This document shows positions 27,965-37,030 of a DNA stretch of 37,030 nt, one piece after another. The position numbers were made by a program, and so were the translations under genes. The notes below the pieces were generated by a model, which saw only the letters and a list, made by a program, of their open reading frames with translations, searched no databases and had not been told where the DNA came from. This DNA is from a virus. Its lineage: Duplodnaviria; Heunggongvirae; Uroviricota; Caudoviricetes. The stretch's first letter is position 1. Each line of letters opens with the position of its first letter. The DNA lies in the IMG/VR virus record IMGVR_UViG_2861069343_000007, positions 1-37,030 of that record. One strand, given 5' to 3'.

Positions 27965-28153
27965 TCAGCTGATGACATCCATTGAGCGGTTGTATTCGTG
28001 GCTTCTGATTTTTGCCATGAGTTCATCAGTCAATTCAGAAACCCACTGCAGAGCCAGCCCCTTCTCTTCATCACTACACTCACTAGCCGCTACAAGCTTA
28101 AGAAAAAAATCAATGCGCTGGAGCTTCAAAGACTCCAAAAAATAGTCCTGCAT
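27965..28153 (-). CDS. Small hypothetical protein co-transcribed with the dinI-like gene (possible Tum N-terminal part)
   Basis: 62 aa from MQDYFLESL; strong AGGAGG Shine-Dalgarno; sits 44 bp downstream of a LexA box. Confidence 0.55.
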   Translation of the reverse strand: MQDYFLESLKLQRIDFFLKLVAASECSDEEKGLALQWVSELTDELMAKIRSHEYNRSMDVIS

Positions 28154-28196
28154 TTTTCCTCCTATGATACCACAAGCAATACTGTACACATAACCA

Positions 28197-28212
28197 CTGT
28201 TTATATTTACAG
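28197..28212. promoter_or_regulatory. LexA (SOS) box
   Basis: CTGTTTATATTTACAG fits CTGT-N8-ACAG; upstream of the tum/dinI-like operon. Confidence 0.7.
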
Positions 28213-28306
28213 TATATAATAATCTTACTGATGTAAAACGTTTTTTTACGTTCATCAGCCTGATATGCCTGGTATTATTAAGAGCACGAATTGTTAACCC
28301 GCGTAA

Positions 28307-30721
28307 TTAATACAGATCCCGCCACTTATCATCTTCCTGCAAACGCTGGTTCCGATAGAAGATACGCAGGCCTGCTCCTGACGGAATACTGCCGCCGCGA
28401 AGGAGTAAATCGACCTCTTTCTCGCTGCCATCAAATCCTCTGGACTTCAGTTCATAGACGAGCTGCTGTCGTTGATGGTCTGTAATTCGCTGTTTGTAGT
28501 CTCTACGCCGTTTCGGTTTCACCAGGCGTAACCTTGCAGCCAGTTCCCGGCGTTCTTTTTTGTTCATACTGTGCAGGTAATCGTGCAACTCCTTGTCATC
28601 CATACGGGTGATATCCGTTCTGGTATCCCCATCAGCTGATTTGTCTTTCCCTTGTTGGTACAAATTTTCAGCAAGGGGACAGTTATTGCCACGAGTCCAA
28701 GGGGCGCAAGCGCCCTGGTCGGCTACCGCCTCCTGAACGTCAACGGCCTTACGAACCATTTTCCACTTCACTGCATGAGTGCAGATCTTGCCCTCTGAAA
28801 TGGGTGACCAGATGCCATAAATACGAATACCGTGATCGCCATAGGCGGTCGGCTCTTCGTTAATTTCATAAGCGGTTCTGATAAGGTGATATTTGCGGGG
28901 AACCAGTACGCCGCCCTGCTTCATGATGTAGGTGGCAAAACAACCAGCATCAGCAGCAGCCAGGATGGCATCAAGACGCGGGTCATCCAGTACCGGCGCA
29001 CCTGCTTTTTTGTCACCCGGTTGCCTTGCCGCCTGACCAGCCAGCAAGCGAAGTTCACGGTAAGCCTGACGCCCCGGAATGCCAAAGAAGCGGAATTGCT
29101 GAACACGATGCAGAGACGCCCAGGCATTAACGTATTCAGCGTTATCACGCAGGGATTTACCCGTTTCCTTGCTGATCTCGCCAGCCAGACCACGCCCGTC
29201 AATGTTCTTACTGATGTATTTCGCGATGTAGCTTGTTGGCGTACCTTTGCGCGGGTTTATCAGCTCAGACTTAAAGCGTGGTCCCGTGTTATTACCCAGC
29301 TCCTCGCGGTCTTCACGAATGGCAAACTTACGCAACAAAGCAGTAATGGTGCGGCGATCTTTTTTGCGCATAAAACACAACAGGTGCCAGTGAACTGTAC
29401 CGTCATGATGCGGCTCAGCCACCCGCACGCCATACCAGCGCAATCCGGCTTTGTGCATCGCCTTACGAAATGCAGCAAACATGCCGACCAGATAATCACT
29501 GCTTTGTCTTACCGTCGTATTTGTCCAGGTCGGGTTGGGCCTGCCGTTATTTAGCGTGGAATGGAAACGTGACGGACAGGTGATGGTGTAGAAAACGGCG
29601 CAGTCACCGCGCATTTCCGCGATAAGCTCCAGACCTTTAACACAGGCCATCATCTCATTGCGGCGATGCGCAGGGTTGCTGCTGCTGGCGTTTACCACAT
29701 CCTCCATGTCCAGCGTGTCGCCGTCTTCGTTCACCAGTTCATGAGAACGGAAAAACTCCAGCGACTTACGGCGCTGCTCACGTTTATGCATCACGGCTTC
29801 ATAGCTGACATAGGGAGATGCTTTTTTGCTGACCAGGCAAACAGCACGCAACTGCTCTTCCCGCCATTCGCAACGCATCTTCCATAATTTCCGGTACCAC
29901 CAGTCGGCGCACAACATACGCGCCAGCGAACCCGGAATGAGTTCATAGGGCACGGGTTTACGGCGGTTTCTTTTCCGGCGGAGTTGCTCAAACGCAGGCG
30001 GTATGACATCCAGTCGCAGGGTTTCCGCAGCCACCTTTTCCCATGTCTTGCGGATTTCTTCTGGCTTAACATCATCGGTGGCGTACAAATCACCACAAGC
30101 GGCATCAAGACACATGCTCATATGCGCAGCGACAAGAGTAGACAGGCGTTTCACCTGATCCTGACTCATTTCAGGCAAGTTCAGCAGGCCGTCCAGCCCT
30201 TCATGGCTTGCCATAAAGCGAAAAGAAGTGGATAGCTGACTCTCGCGTACATGCTCCAGTCGTTCCAGACATGGCTTAATCGTCTCACGCAAATAGCGGG
30301 AATAAGCCTTTGGCCTGCCCAGGCTGCTGAAGTATTCAATACGTTGCATCAGCGGCTTGCTGATATGGGAAGGCTGGGCGTTAACGTCCGCCAGTATGAC
30401 CATGTCCGGATTAAAACGCTGCTGCTCATGCGCCAGCTTTGCCCGGCTAATGAGCTTATCCTGCTCCATTTCGCGTTGGACAGGATCACGGGATTCATTA
30501 AAGAAATAACGCTCCCAGACCTGATCACTCAGTACCTCGAGGCGCAGTTGTTCCTGCTCGTTATCGGCAGCGTACAGAGTGATCAGGTTTGAAAGCGCAG
30601 AAACCGGCGCAACTTCCGCCGGGTCCAGATAAGGGTTAATAGCCTTTTTCGGGCTGTTCCATGAGAATGCTGCGGCGGCCTCGTTAAAGCCGCTGCAGTT
30701 GTTCATATCAGCATGGCTCAT
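28307..30721 (-). CDS. A: Replication initiation protein gpA (rolling-circle nickase)
   Basis: 804 aa; P2/186 A-like. Confidence 0.9.
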   Translation of the reverse strand: MSHADMNNCSGFNEAAAAFSWNSPKKAINPYLDPAEVAPVSALSNLITLYAADNEQEQLRLEVLSDQVWERYFFNESRDPVQREMEQDKLISRAKLAHEQQRFNPDMVILADVNAQPSHISKPLMQRIEYFSSLGRPKAYSRYLRETIKPCLERLEHVRESQLSTSFRFMASHEGLDGLLNLPEMSQDQVKRLSTLVAAHMSMCLDAACGDLYATDDVKPEEIRKTWEKVAAETLRLDVIPPAFEQLRRKRNRRKPVPYELIPGSLARMLCADWWYRKLWKMRCEWREEQLRAVCLVSKKASPYVSYEAVMHKREQRRKSLEFFRSHELVNEDGDTLDMEDVVNASSSNPAHRRNEMMACVKGLELIAEMRGDCAVFYTITCPSRFHSTLNNGRPNPTWTNTTVRQSSDYLVGMFAAFRKAMHKAGLRWYGVRVAEPHHDGTVHWHLLCFMRKKDRRTITALLRKFAIREDREELGNNTGPRFKSELINPRKGTPTSYIAKYISKNIDGRGLAGEISKETGKSLRDNAEYVNAWASLHRVQQFRFFGIPGRQAYRELRLLAGQAARQPGDKKAGAPVLDDPRLDAILAAADAGCFATYIMKQGGVLVPRKYHLIRTAYEINEEPTAYGDHGIRIYGIWSPISEGKICTHAVKWKMVRKAVDVQEAVADQGACAPWTRGNNCPLAENLYQQGKDKSADGDTRTDITRMDDKELHDYLHSMNKKERRELAARLRLVKPKRRRDYKQRITDHQRQQLVYELKSRGFDGSEKEVDLLLRGGSIPSGAGLRIFYRNQRLQEDDKWRDLY

Positions 30722-31575
30722 GCACGCACTCCGTACACGGCAGAACTATCCACGCCACGCGAAGGATCAAATCCCACCCAGCAGCGCACCCCAGAAACAG
30801 CGATGATTTCTGCTGCAAATTTACTCTCACCAGCTGCTACGCCGATGCTGCGTTTTGCCTTGATGTAGTGGTGAGTAAAATTGCGATACAGCGAACGGAT
30901 CAGGGATGTGTCACTGTTAGAAACAATGACCGGATGTCCTTCTGATGACCGATGTTCAAGAACGGATGCCAGGTGATACTGGTCATCTTCAGTGAAGCCG
31001 TCAGTGTGATAACCGGAAAACGTGCCGTCATACGGCGGATCGCAATACACCACATCCCCCGCCTTCAACATCGCCAGCGTTTCATCAAAGCTGGCGCAGA
31101 TAAACGTTGCCCGCTGAGCTTTTTCTGCAAATGCGCGAATTTCTTTTTCAGGGAAATACGGATTTTTATAATTACCGTAGGGAATGTTGAAATGCCCGCT
31201 CTTGTTATAGCGACATAAACCACGGTAACCGTGACGATTGAGATACAGGAAATATACCGCTTTCATGAAATCAGTAATTTCAGTGGAGTAATTAAACTCC
31301 TGCCTTATGTTGTAATAAGCCACCTCCCTGTTTGCTTCCTCAAACAAAATTCTGGCGCTAGATATAAACGCCTCACAATCAGCAGCAACCTTTTTATAGA
31401 GGTTGATTAAATCAGGATTAATATCCGCAACCAGATAGCTGGGATAATCCGTCTCCATCATCACTGCACAGGAACCCGCGAAAGGTTCAACCAGTCGCGG
31501 GCCAGCAGGAAGATGTTTTTTCAGTTCGGACATAATGGCGGTTTTATTTCCCGCCCATTTCAGGATGGTGCTCAT
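30718..31575 (-). CDS. dam: DNA adenine methyltransferase (orphan Dam-like MTase)
   Basis: 285 aa; DPPY catalytic motif ([12 protein letters not shown]) and N-terminal SAM-binding region; overlaps A start. Confidence 0.85.
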   Translation of the reverse strand: MSTILKWAGNKTAIMSELKKHLPAGPRLVEPFAGSCAVMMETDYPSYLVADINPDLINLYKKVAADCEAFISSARILFEEANREVAYYNIRQEFNYSTEITDFMKAVYFLYLNRHGYRGLCRYNKSGHFNIPYGNYKNPYFPEKEIRAFAEKAQRATFICASFDETLAMLKAGDVVYCDPPYDGTFSGYHTDGFTEDDQYHLASVLEHRSSEGHPVIVSNSDTSLIRSLYRNFTHHYIKAKRSIGVAAGESKFAAEIIAVSGVRCWVGFDPSRGVDSSAVYGVRA

Positions 31576-31799
31576 ACAGCACCTCCGTTGTAATGTTTAC
31601 CTTTCAGCTCTGCGATTTCCTGACAGGTAATGCAAAGCTGCACACCCGGAATGGCGCGGCGGCGTGCTGGCGGAATTGGCGCTTCACACTCAATGCAAAG
31701 CACGCGGGACACGCCCGGTGTTTTAGCACGGGCAGCACAGATATGGCGCTGGCGTTCTTCTTCAACGCGCTGCTGTACGAGATCCATTGCATCAGCCAT
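31572..31799 (-). CDS. TraR/DksA-family C4 zinc-finger protein
   Basis: 75 aa; CIECEAPIP…CITCQ four-cysteine motif. Confidence 0.75.
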   Translation of the reverse strand: MADAMDLVQQRVEEERQRHICAARAKTPGVSRVLCIECEAPIPPARRRAIPGVQLCITCQEIAELKGKHYNGGAV

Positions 31800-32038
31800 T
31801 AGTGGATCTCCTGCGCTTCGTTCTGGATTGCTTCAGCAGTCACACGCAGCAGTTCTGCCGCTTCGACGTGGTTTAGCTGGCGGGATGTGATATGACACGC
31901 CAGGCTATCAAGGCGAGCTGCCATTGCTTCAGCCCTTGCCCGGCGTTCTTCCAGACGAGCCTCTGTCAGTAAAATATTAAGCCCTGCGTCATCCGGTCCG
32001 GTTTTAGTCGTGAGGGTTTCAATATTACGCATAATCAA
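31799..32038 (-). CDS. Hypothetical phage early protein
   Basis: 79 aa; in the early operon upstream of the TraR-like gene. Confidence 0.5.
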   Translation of the reverse strand: MIMRNIETLTTKTGPDDAGLNILLTEARLEERRARAEAMAARLDSLACHITSRQLNHVEAAELLRVTAEAIQNEAQEIH

Positions 32039-32099
32039 TTCTCCTGAATTTAGATAAAGGGATGCCCGGCGGGTTTACGCCATTAATTTCATTAGTTGG

Positions 32100-32441
32100 T
32101 TAATTCGGCATGGTTAGCCGTCTGGGAAATAAGCTCACCACTGCACGAAAATGATTCATTGCTTTAATCAGCTCCCGCTTTTCGTCAGTAGTCAGCTCAT
32201 TAATGCTGATGCTATGACGTTCAGCTGGAATTTTTGCCATAAAGAATATAGCAGCCAGTGCCCGTTTATTTTGTTCATTATTGATATCCCGTGGGTCACG
32301 CATATCTTTAATAAACCGCTCAAGCTCTGACTCAATATTCAGGCCAAAAACTTTCGCCCTTAATTCCGCTATGTGATTAAGTCCATTCAGGCGTTCGCCG
32401 GGGCTTAATGGAACAGTCGCCGCAGCGCCATTAATTGCCAT
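32100..32441 (-). CDS. Hypothetical phage early protein
   Basis: 113 aa; early operon between cII and A. Confidence 0.5.
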   Translation of the reverse strand: MAINGAAATVPLSPGERLNGLNHIAELRAKVFGLNIESELERFIKDMRDPRDINNEQNKRALAAIFFMAKIPAERHSISINELTTDEKRELIKAMNHFRAVVSLFPRRLTMPN

Positions 32442-32463
32442 AATTCATATCCCCAAAACGCAA

Positions 32464-32688
32464 CTATCGTTCTTTGTTCTTACGGTAACGCTCAAGGGGA
32501 GATACATTTTTTCGTACCGTCTCTTTAACCTGCTCTCCCCGTAAAAACGTCCCATCCTTTAACGTGAAAAAGTAACTGCCATCGCCCGACAACGACGGAT
32601 AACAACAGAGCAAATCATCTTCAGGTACTGAATAACTATCCCCTCTGTAACGAAACTGATAAACCACTTCACTTTCTGCCGCATACAT
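32464..32688 (-). CDS. Hypothetical small protein (frame ambiguous with the overlapping ORF)
   Basis: 74 aa; overlaps 32559..32852 in another frame. Confidence 0.3.
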   Translation of the reverse strand: MYAAESEVVYQFRYRGDSYSVPEDDLLCCYPSLSGDGSYFFTLKDGTFLRGEQVKETVRKNVSPLERYRKNKER

Positions 32689-32852
32689 TTGGACTTTCTC
32701 CGTTTCCTCGTGGTCACTTCAGACAGCAATTCATCTTGTGAATAACATGGATGCCAGCGTTTACCATCCTCACCCATGATCCAGCCGTGACCGTAGTGCA
32801 TTGCCGGGCTTTGTTTTACCAGCAGCGATGCAAATGATGGTTCTTTCGTAAG
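32559..32852 (-). CDS. Hypothetical small protein directly downstream of cII (frame ambiguous)
   Basis: Start taken at MLTKEPSF, just after the cII stop; position of 186 fil/dhr-type early genes. Confidence 0.3.
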   Translation of the reverse strand, partial: LTKEPSFASLLVKQSPAMHYGHGWIMGEDGKRWHPCYSQDELLSEVTTRKRRKSKCMRQKVKWFISFVTEGIVIQYLKMICSVVIRRCRAMAVTFSR

Positions 32853-32862
32853 CATAAGCACC

Positions 32863-33381
32863 TCACAGCAAACCGAATGAAGCACCGAGGCCAGTCACGG
32901 TATCAACTGCACTCGCCATCGCAGGATTAGCCTGTAAACGGGCCTGCAATGAAACAGCAGCCAACGCCATCAGTCGTGTTACAGAGTTAATGCTGCTGAT
33001 CGCATCACGACGACCTGTGCTGGTTTTCACATCACCAGATACCGCACCAGCAGCAACACGCCCAATCTCTGCGGTTGCACTCATGACGTAATGCGGCAGT
33101 TTCTCTTTTGCTACCTCATTAATCGGTACGCATGGCAGGCAGTGAATCTGAGCCAGAAAACCATCTACCAGCGTTGAATCTTCAGTCAGATCGGTAAGCA
33201 GCCAGATTTCTGGTGCGGTTAATAAATGAGGTTGAGCAGGGTTCAACTTGTTTCGCAGAATCTGCACATTCATTCCTGCACGTCCTGCCAGCTGCACCAG
33301 GTTGTGGCGCAGTGCGAATGCACGACAGGCTTCATCAAAATGTGGATGTTTGGAAACTTGGTAATCAAACATGGTTTTCAA
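32863..33381 (-). CDS. cII: CII-like lysogeny establishment activator (186 type)
   Basis: 172 aa; strong resemblance to 186 CII (…[19 protein letters not shown]…[29 protein letters not shown]…). Confidence 0.85.
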   Translation of the reverse strand: MKTMFDYQVSKHPHFDEACRAFALRHNLVQLAGRAGMNVQILRNKLNPAQPHLLTAPEIWLLTDLTEDSTLVDGFLAQIHCLPCVPINEVAKEKLPHYVMSATAEIGRVAAGAVSGDVKTSTGRRDAISSINSVTRLMALAAVSLQARLQANPAMASAVDTVTGLGASFGLL

Positions 33382-33436
33382 TTCCGAACTTATCGCAAAA
33401 TCGAACTCAGCGTCTTATTGCGAAAATAGACGTCTA

Positions 33437-33640
33437 TTAAGCAGACAAAGCATCAACAGTCAGAGCAGCCAGGTTAATCATTACCTTTTCACGTTTTTTG
33501 TCTTTACGAAGACGATGACGAGGTAGTCGGCCATCAGCCAACATATCGTTAATCGTATCAATAGAAAGGCCAGTCAGTTCGCTATAACGTTCGATTGTGA
33601 CATGTGGTGTATTCAGAGTAATTGAAATGTTAGGTGTCAT
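33437..33640 (-). CDS. apl: Apl/Cox-like excisionase-repressor (HTH)
   Basis: 67 aa; HTH-like segment; first gene of the lytic transcript, opposing cI. Confidence 0.65.
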   Translation of the reverse strand: MTPNISITLNTPHVTIERYSELTGLSIDTINDMLADGRLPRHRLRKDKKREKVMINLAALTVDALSA

Positions 33641-33785
33641 AAGGCAACATTCCTTCTAGATATGGCTTGTGGCGAGCCGTTGTTTGTCGTGATTAGTAGT
33701 GAAGACTCCAAAAGAAGACTTCTGGTTCAACTTTAAGATCGCTTTTGGAATCTGTCAACGAATTTTGGATTTCTTTGGAGGATTT
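33641..33785. promoter_or_regulatory. Genetic switch region with expected face-to-face pR/pL promoters
   Basis: Intergenic region between divergently placed apl and cI; arrangement inferred from phage 186, elements not mapped. Confidence 0.4.
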
Positions 33786-34355
33786 GTGGATTTCAATAGC
33801 GGCGGTAAGAAAACCATAGAACGTTTGGTTGAAGCATACGGGTTCGGTACCCGTCAGGCTCTCTGTGATCATTTAGGTGTTTCTAAGAGCACCATGGCAA
33901 CGCGTTATATGCGTGATATTTTTCCGGCAGATTGGGTAATCCAGTGCGCCCTTGAAACGGGTACCTCGCTTAATTGGCTAACAACAGGGCATGGTTCAAA
34001 GCAAGCATCAGCAAATACAAATACTATAGAAGTAGTAAAATATTTATTGTCTGATGGAGCATTGCAGGAAGACGGTTTTTATATTTTTGATAAGGGATTT
34101 CTACCCTCTACGTTTAAAAAACCTTTTGTCATCACAGATAACAATTCTGAATTTATTTGTGATAAAGAATTTGATGATATACGTGATGGTAAATGGGTAA
34201 TAAGTATTGATGGCGAAATAACAATCCGCGACATCACTCGTTTACCCGGTGGAAGAATTTTCGTTGAAGGTGGAAACAGAGCCTTCGAGTGCAAGATAGA
34301 AGATGTTGAAATAATTGGAAAAATTATAAGCTTAACAGTTAAGTATGTTAGATAA
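33786..34355 (+). CDS. cI: CI immunity repressor (186 type)
   Basis: Resembles 186 CI (…EAYGF…CALETG…NWLTTGHG…); start placed at GTG 33786 with GGAGG 6 nt upstream (ORF-track ATG 33699 would add 29 aa). Confidence 0.8.
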   Translation: MDFNSGGKKTIERLVEAYGFGTRQALCDHLGVSKSTMATRYMRDIFPADWVIQCALETGTSLNWLTTGHGSKQASANTNTIEVVKYLLSDGALQEDGFYIFDKGFLPSTFKKPFVITDNNSEFICDKEFDDIRDGKWVISIDGEITIRDITRLPGGRIFVEGGNRAFECKIEDVEIIGKIISLTVKYVR

Positions 34356-34370
34356 TACCTGGAGGAAACT

Positions 34371-34553
34371 ATGCTTGGTAAGTTTTTTTTTGTGGTTTTA
34401 TCATGCTCTTTGCTATTAAACCCACTAACTACCTATGCTAAAAATTATCCTTGTTCTGGGAAAAAGGGAGGTGTCTCTCACTGTACCTCTGATGGAAAAT
34501 TTGTTTGCAATGATGGAACCATCAGTAAATCCAAAAAAACATGCATCAAATAA
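34371..34553 (+). CDS. Small secreted cysteine-containing protein
   Basis: 60 aa; N-terminal signal peptide, four Cys in mature part; GGAGG Shine-Dalgarno; AT-rich. Confidence 0.55.
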   Translation: MLGKFFFVVLSCSLLLNPLTTYAKNYPCSGKKGGVSHCTSDGKFVCNDGTISKSKKTCIK

Positions 34554-34566
34554 TAAGGAAATATGA

Positions 34567-35898
34567 ATGAGCACAGATATAACTTTCGATATACGTGATG
34601 AATATAAAAGAAAAGCCATTGCAGAAAAAATAATAAGTTTGCTAGAGTCTAATATTCCTGTTTCACCTATGGTCATAGATGGGGACTGGGGGACTGGAAA
34701 AACAGAGTTTTCAAAAAAGTTAGCATCCTTAATTGAAATAAACTCGACCAATCATAAAGTAATTTATATAGATGCTTTTACTGAAGATCACAACGATGCT
34801 CCCATACTTACAATAATGGCCGCAATTGCAGCTCTATATAATAGCGATGAAAAAAAGGAATTAATATCTAAGGCATTGCCAGCCCTCAGATTCGGACTTA
34901 AGACTGTACTCAAAGCTGGTGCTGGTTGGGTATTAAAACAAAATGCGGATGAAATTAATAAGGAATTTGAAGAGGTTATCAAAGACGCTGCAAATTCAGC
35001 TATCGATGGAACCATCGAGGCTCTGTTAGAAGATCATATCGAGGCACAAAAGAACGTTCTTGCTCTAAAAGAAGTACTAACCAAATTAGCTGGAGAAAGT
35101 AAACTAACAATAATTATAGATGAGTTAGACAGATGTAAGCCTAGTTTTGCCATTTCTATTATTGAAAATATAAAACATGTTTTTGATATAAAAAACATTA
35201 ACTTTTTATTAATTGCAAACACAACTCAACTAAAAGCATCCATAAATCATATCTATGGCTCTTCTGTAGACTCCAACCGTTATCTTGACAAATTTATAAA
35301 ATTTACATACAGCCTTCCTGTTACCTTTAAGGAAGATAATTATAATGATACTTTAACTTCCAAAAATCATTGGATGATGCTATGTGAGCAATCTGAAAGG
35401 CTGACCGCTGCAGTAGAAGCCAGCGAAGATATTTTCTTACAGTTCATTGAAAGTAGAAAATTATCATTACGTGAGGTTGAAACACTTGCTAGATATGTTG
35501 AAATATACCAACTACTATCAGGCGACAAAATTAGCAACAAATATATTTATGGATATTGTTATTACAGGACTCTAGCGATAATAATCTACACTTTTAACCG
35601 AGAGTTAGCTCTCAACTTTCTTGAAGATAAAGTTGATGCTCAATCAATCATGAAATTGTTTGGTTTATCTAAATTTTCATATCAAACAAGTGAATATAAT
35701 GTAGATAATTATGAATATGCTATATTTGGAATAGTTTACAAATACTTATCTGAAAACTCATCTCTTTTACCTGCTGAGGAAAATATAAAAAGACAATGGG
35801 CAGAAATGAGTGAATACCATTTTTTAAAAGGTGGTGGCGGTATTGGTGAACCAACAAATATTGTGAAAGATGCTTTAAAAGTTTTTTTACTTCAGTGA
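34567..35898 (+). CDS. KAP-family P-loop NTPase
   Basis: 443 aa; Walker A GDWGTGKTEF and Walker B IIIDELDRCKP in KAP NTPase arrangement; AT-rich; between cI and int. Confidence 0.8.
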   Translation: MSTDITFDIRDEYKRKAIAEKIISLLESNIPVSPMVIDGDWGTGKTEFSKKLASLIEINSTNHKVIYIDAFTEDHNDAPILTIMAAIAALYNSDEKKELISKALPALRFGLKTVLKAGAGWVLKQNADEINKEFEEVIKDAANSAIDGTIEALLEDHIEAQKNVLALKEVLTKLAGESKLTIIIDELDRCKPSFAISIIENIKHVFDIKNINFLLIANTTQLKASINHIYGSSVDSNRYLDKFIKFTYSLPVTFKEDNYNDTLTSKNHWMMLCEQSERLTAAVEASEDIFLQFIESRKLSLREVETLARYVEIYQLLSGDKISNKYIYGYCYYRTLAIIIYTFNRELALNFLEDKVDAQSIMKLFGLSKFSYQTSEYNVDNYEYAIFGIVYKYLSENSSLLPAEENIKRQWAEMSEYHFLKGGGGIGEPTNIVKDALKVFLLQ

Positions 35899-35977
35899 TA
35901 TGTATGGCTATACAAATTCATACATTGACACTGGTTATACATACAGTAAAAATGCTCTCCACTGGAGGGCATTTTTT

Positions 35978-37030
35978 ATGGCAGTACGAAAACTCACCAC
36001 AGGAAAATGGCTTTGCGAATGTTACCCCGCCGGACGTAGTGGACGTCGTGTGCGTAAACAATTCGCCACCAAAGGCGAAGCTCTGGCTTTTGAGCGTCAC
36101 ACGATGGAAGAAACCGAAGCAAAGCCCTGGCTGGGTGAATCAGTGGATCGTCGAACACTGAAAGACGTGGTTGAACTATGGTTCAAACTACATGGTAAAT
36201 CTCTGACTGCTGGGCAGCATGTCTATGACAAATTGCTGCTGATGGCTGACGCTCTGGGCAATCCCCTTGCAACCGATCTCACATCTAAAATGTTTGCCCA
36301 TTATCGAGATAAACGACTGACAGGTGAGATCTACTTCAGCGAGAAATGGAAGAAAGGAGCCAGCCCGGTCACCATTAACCTGGAGCAAAGCTATCTAAGT
36401 AGTGTTTTTAGCGAACTATCCCGTCTGGGCGAATGGTCGTATCCGAACCCACTGGAGAACATGCGAAAATTCACCATCGCAGAAAAAGAGATGGCATGGC
36501 TTACCCATGAGCAGATTGTTGAATTACTGGCTGATTGCAAACGTCAGGACCCAATTCTGGCACTGGTAGTTAAGATATGCTTAAGCACAGGCGCACGCTG
36601 GCGAGAAGCCGTAAATCTTACTCGTTCACAGGTGACCAAATACCGAATTACCTTTGTCAGAACGAAGGGGAAGAAAAACAGAAGCATCCCTATCAGTAAA
36701 GAGCTTTACGAAGAGATCATGGCGCTTGATGGGTTCAATTTCTTCACAGACTGCTATTTTCAATTTTTATCCGTGATGGAAAAAACGTCTATCGTGCTCC
36801 CTCGCGGTCAACTGACACACGTTCTGCGCCATACGTTTGCGGCGCACTTCATGATGTCGGGTGGAAACATCCTGGCCTTACAAAAAATTCTCGGACACCA
36901 CGATATAAAAATGACTATGCGTTACGCACATCTGGCACCGGATCATCTGGAAACGGCGCTCCGTTTCAATCCTCTGGCAACATTGCCAAGTGGCGACAAA
37001 GTGGCGGCAGCGGTTGGCATTACCCCGTAA
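35978..37030 (+). CDS. int: Tyrosine integrase (P2/186 family)
   Basis: Start at MAVRKLTTGKWLCECYP (GGAGGG upstream); C-terminal catalytic region …HVLRHTFA…MTMRYAHLAPDHL…; stop at window end. Confidence 0.9.
   Translation: MAVRKLTTGKWLCECYPAGRSGRRVRKQFATKGEALAFERHTMEETEAKPWLGESVDRRTLKDVVELWFKLHGKSLTAGQHVYDKLLLMADALGNPLATDLTSKMFAHYRDKRLTGEIYFSEKWKKGASPVTINLEQSYLSSVFSELSRLGEWSYPNPLENMRKFTIAEKEMAWLTHEQIVELLADCKRQDPILALVVKICLSTGARWREAVNLTRSQVTKYRITFVRTKGKKNRSIPISKELYEEIMALDGFNFFTDCYFQFLSVMEKTSIVLPRGQLTHVLRHTFAAHFMMSGGNILALQKILGHHDIKMTMRYAHLAPDHLETALRFNPLATLPSGDKVAAAVGITP

Larger units (their letters stand above)
2780..37030. mobile_element. P2/186-family prophage (left boundary approximate; right end beyond window)
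   Basis: Contiguous P2-syntenic gene set ogr-D-U-T-E-FII-FI-G-H-I-J-W-V-S-R-lysCBA-K-Y-X-L-N'-O / P-Q / cos / A ... cII-apl-cI-int. Confidence 0.9.

Noticed and set aside
28832-29554. 240-aa plus-strand ORF inside replication gene A
   Set aside because: Antisense shadow ORF; gene A homology is strong on the minus strand.
35895-36161. 88-aa plus-strand ORF and the N-terminal 26 codons of ORF-track 35900..37030
   Set aside because: The integrase alignment begins at MAVRKL (35978) with its own Shine-Dalgarno; upstream codons and the alternative-frame ORF are not supported.

Overview
The window holds three host genes (grxA, ybjM, ybjL; 1..2620) followed by an almost complete P2/186-family prophage that runs from about 2.8 kb to the window end and beyond. 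All calls are made by eye from the translations and motifs; no database search was run. The prophage backbone is largely syntenic with P2/186: late activator Ogr/B, the tail, lysis and head gene blocks, terminase P and portal Q, a cos-like site, a LexA-controlled tum/DinI-like module, the early operon with Dam and replication protein A, a 186-type CII/Apl/CI switch, and the integrase. Three AT-rich cargo islands interrupt this backbone. (1) Retron-Eco1 (Ec86) at 22517..24565, with its effector, msr-msd ncRNA and reverse transcriptase, lies between the portal gene and cos. (2) A three-gene operon of unrecognised proteins (24875..27625) lies on the other side of cos, in the classical P2 old/tin defence hotspot; this is the best candidate for an undescribed anti-phage system. 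(3) A small secreted protein plus a KAP-family P-loop NTPase (34371..35898) sits between cI and int in the lysogenic operon. The head module appears to carry a roughly 1.6 kb deletion (most of N, all of M, start of L), so the prophage is probably defective.
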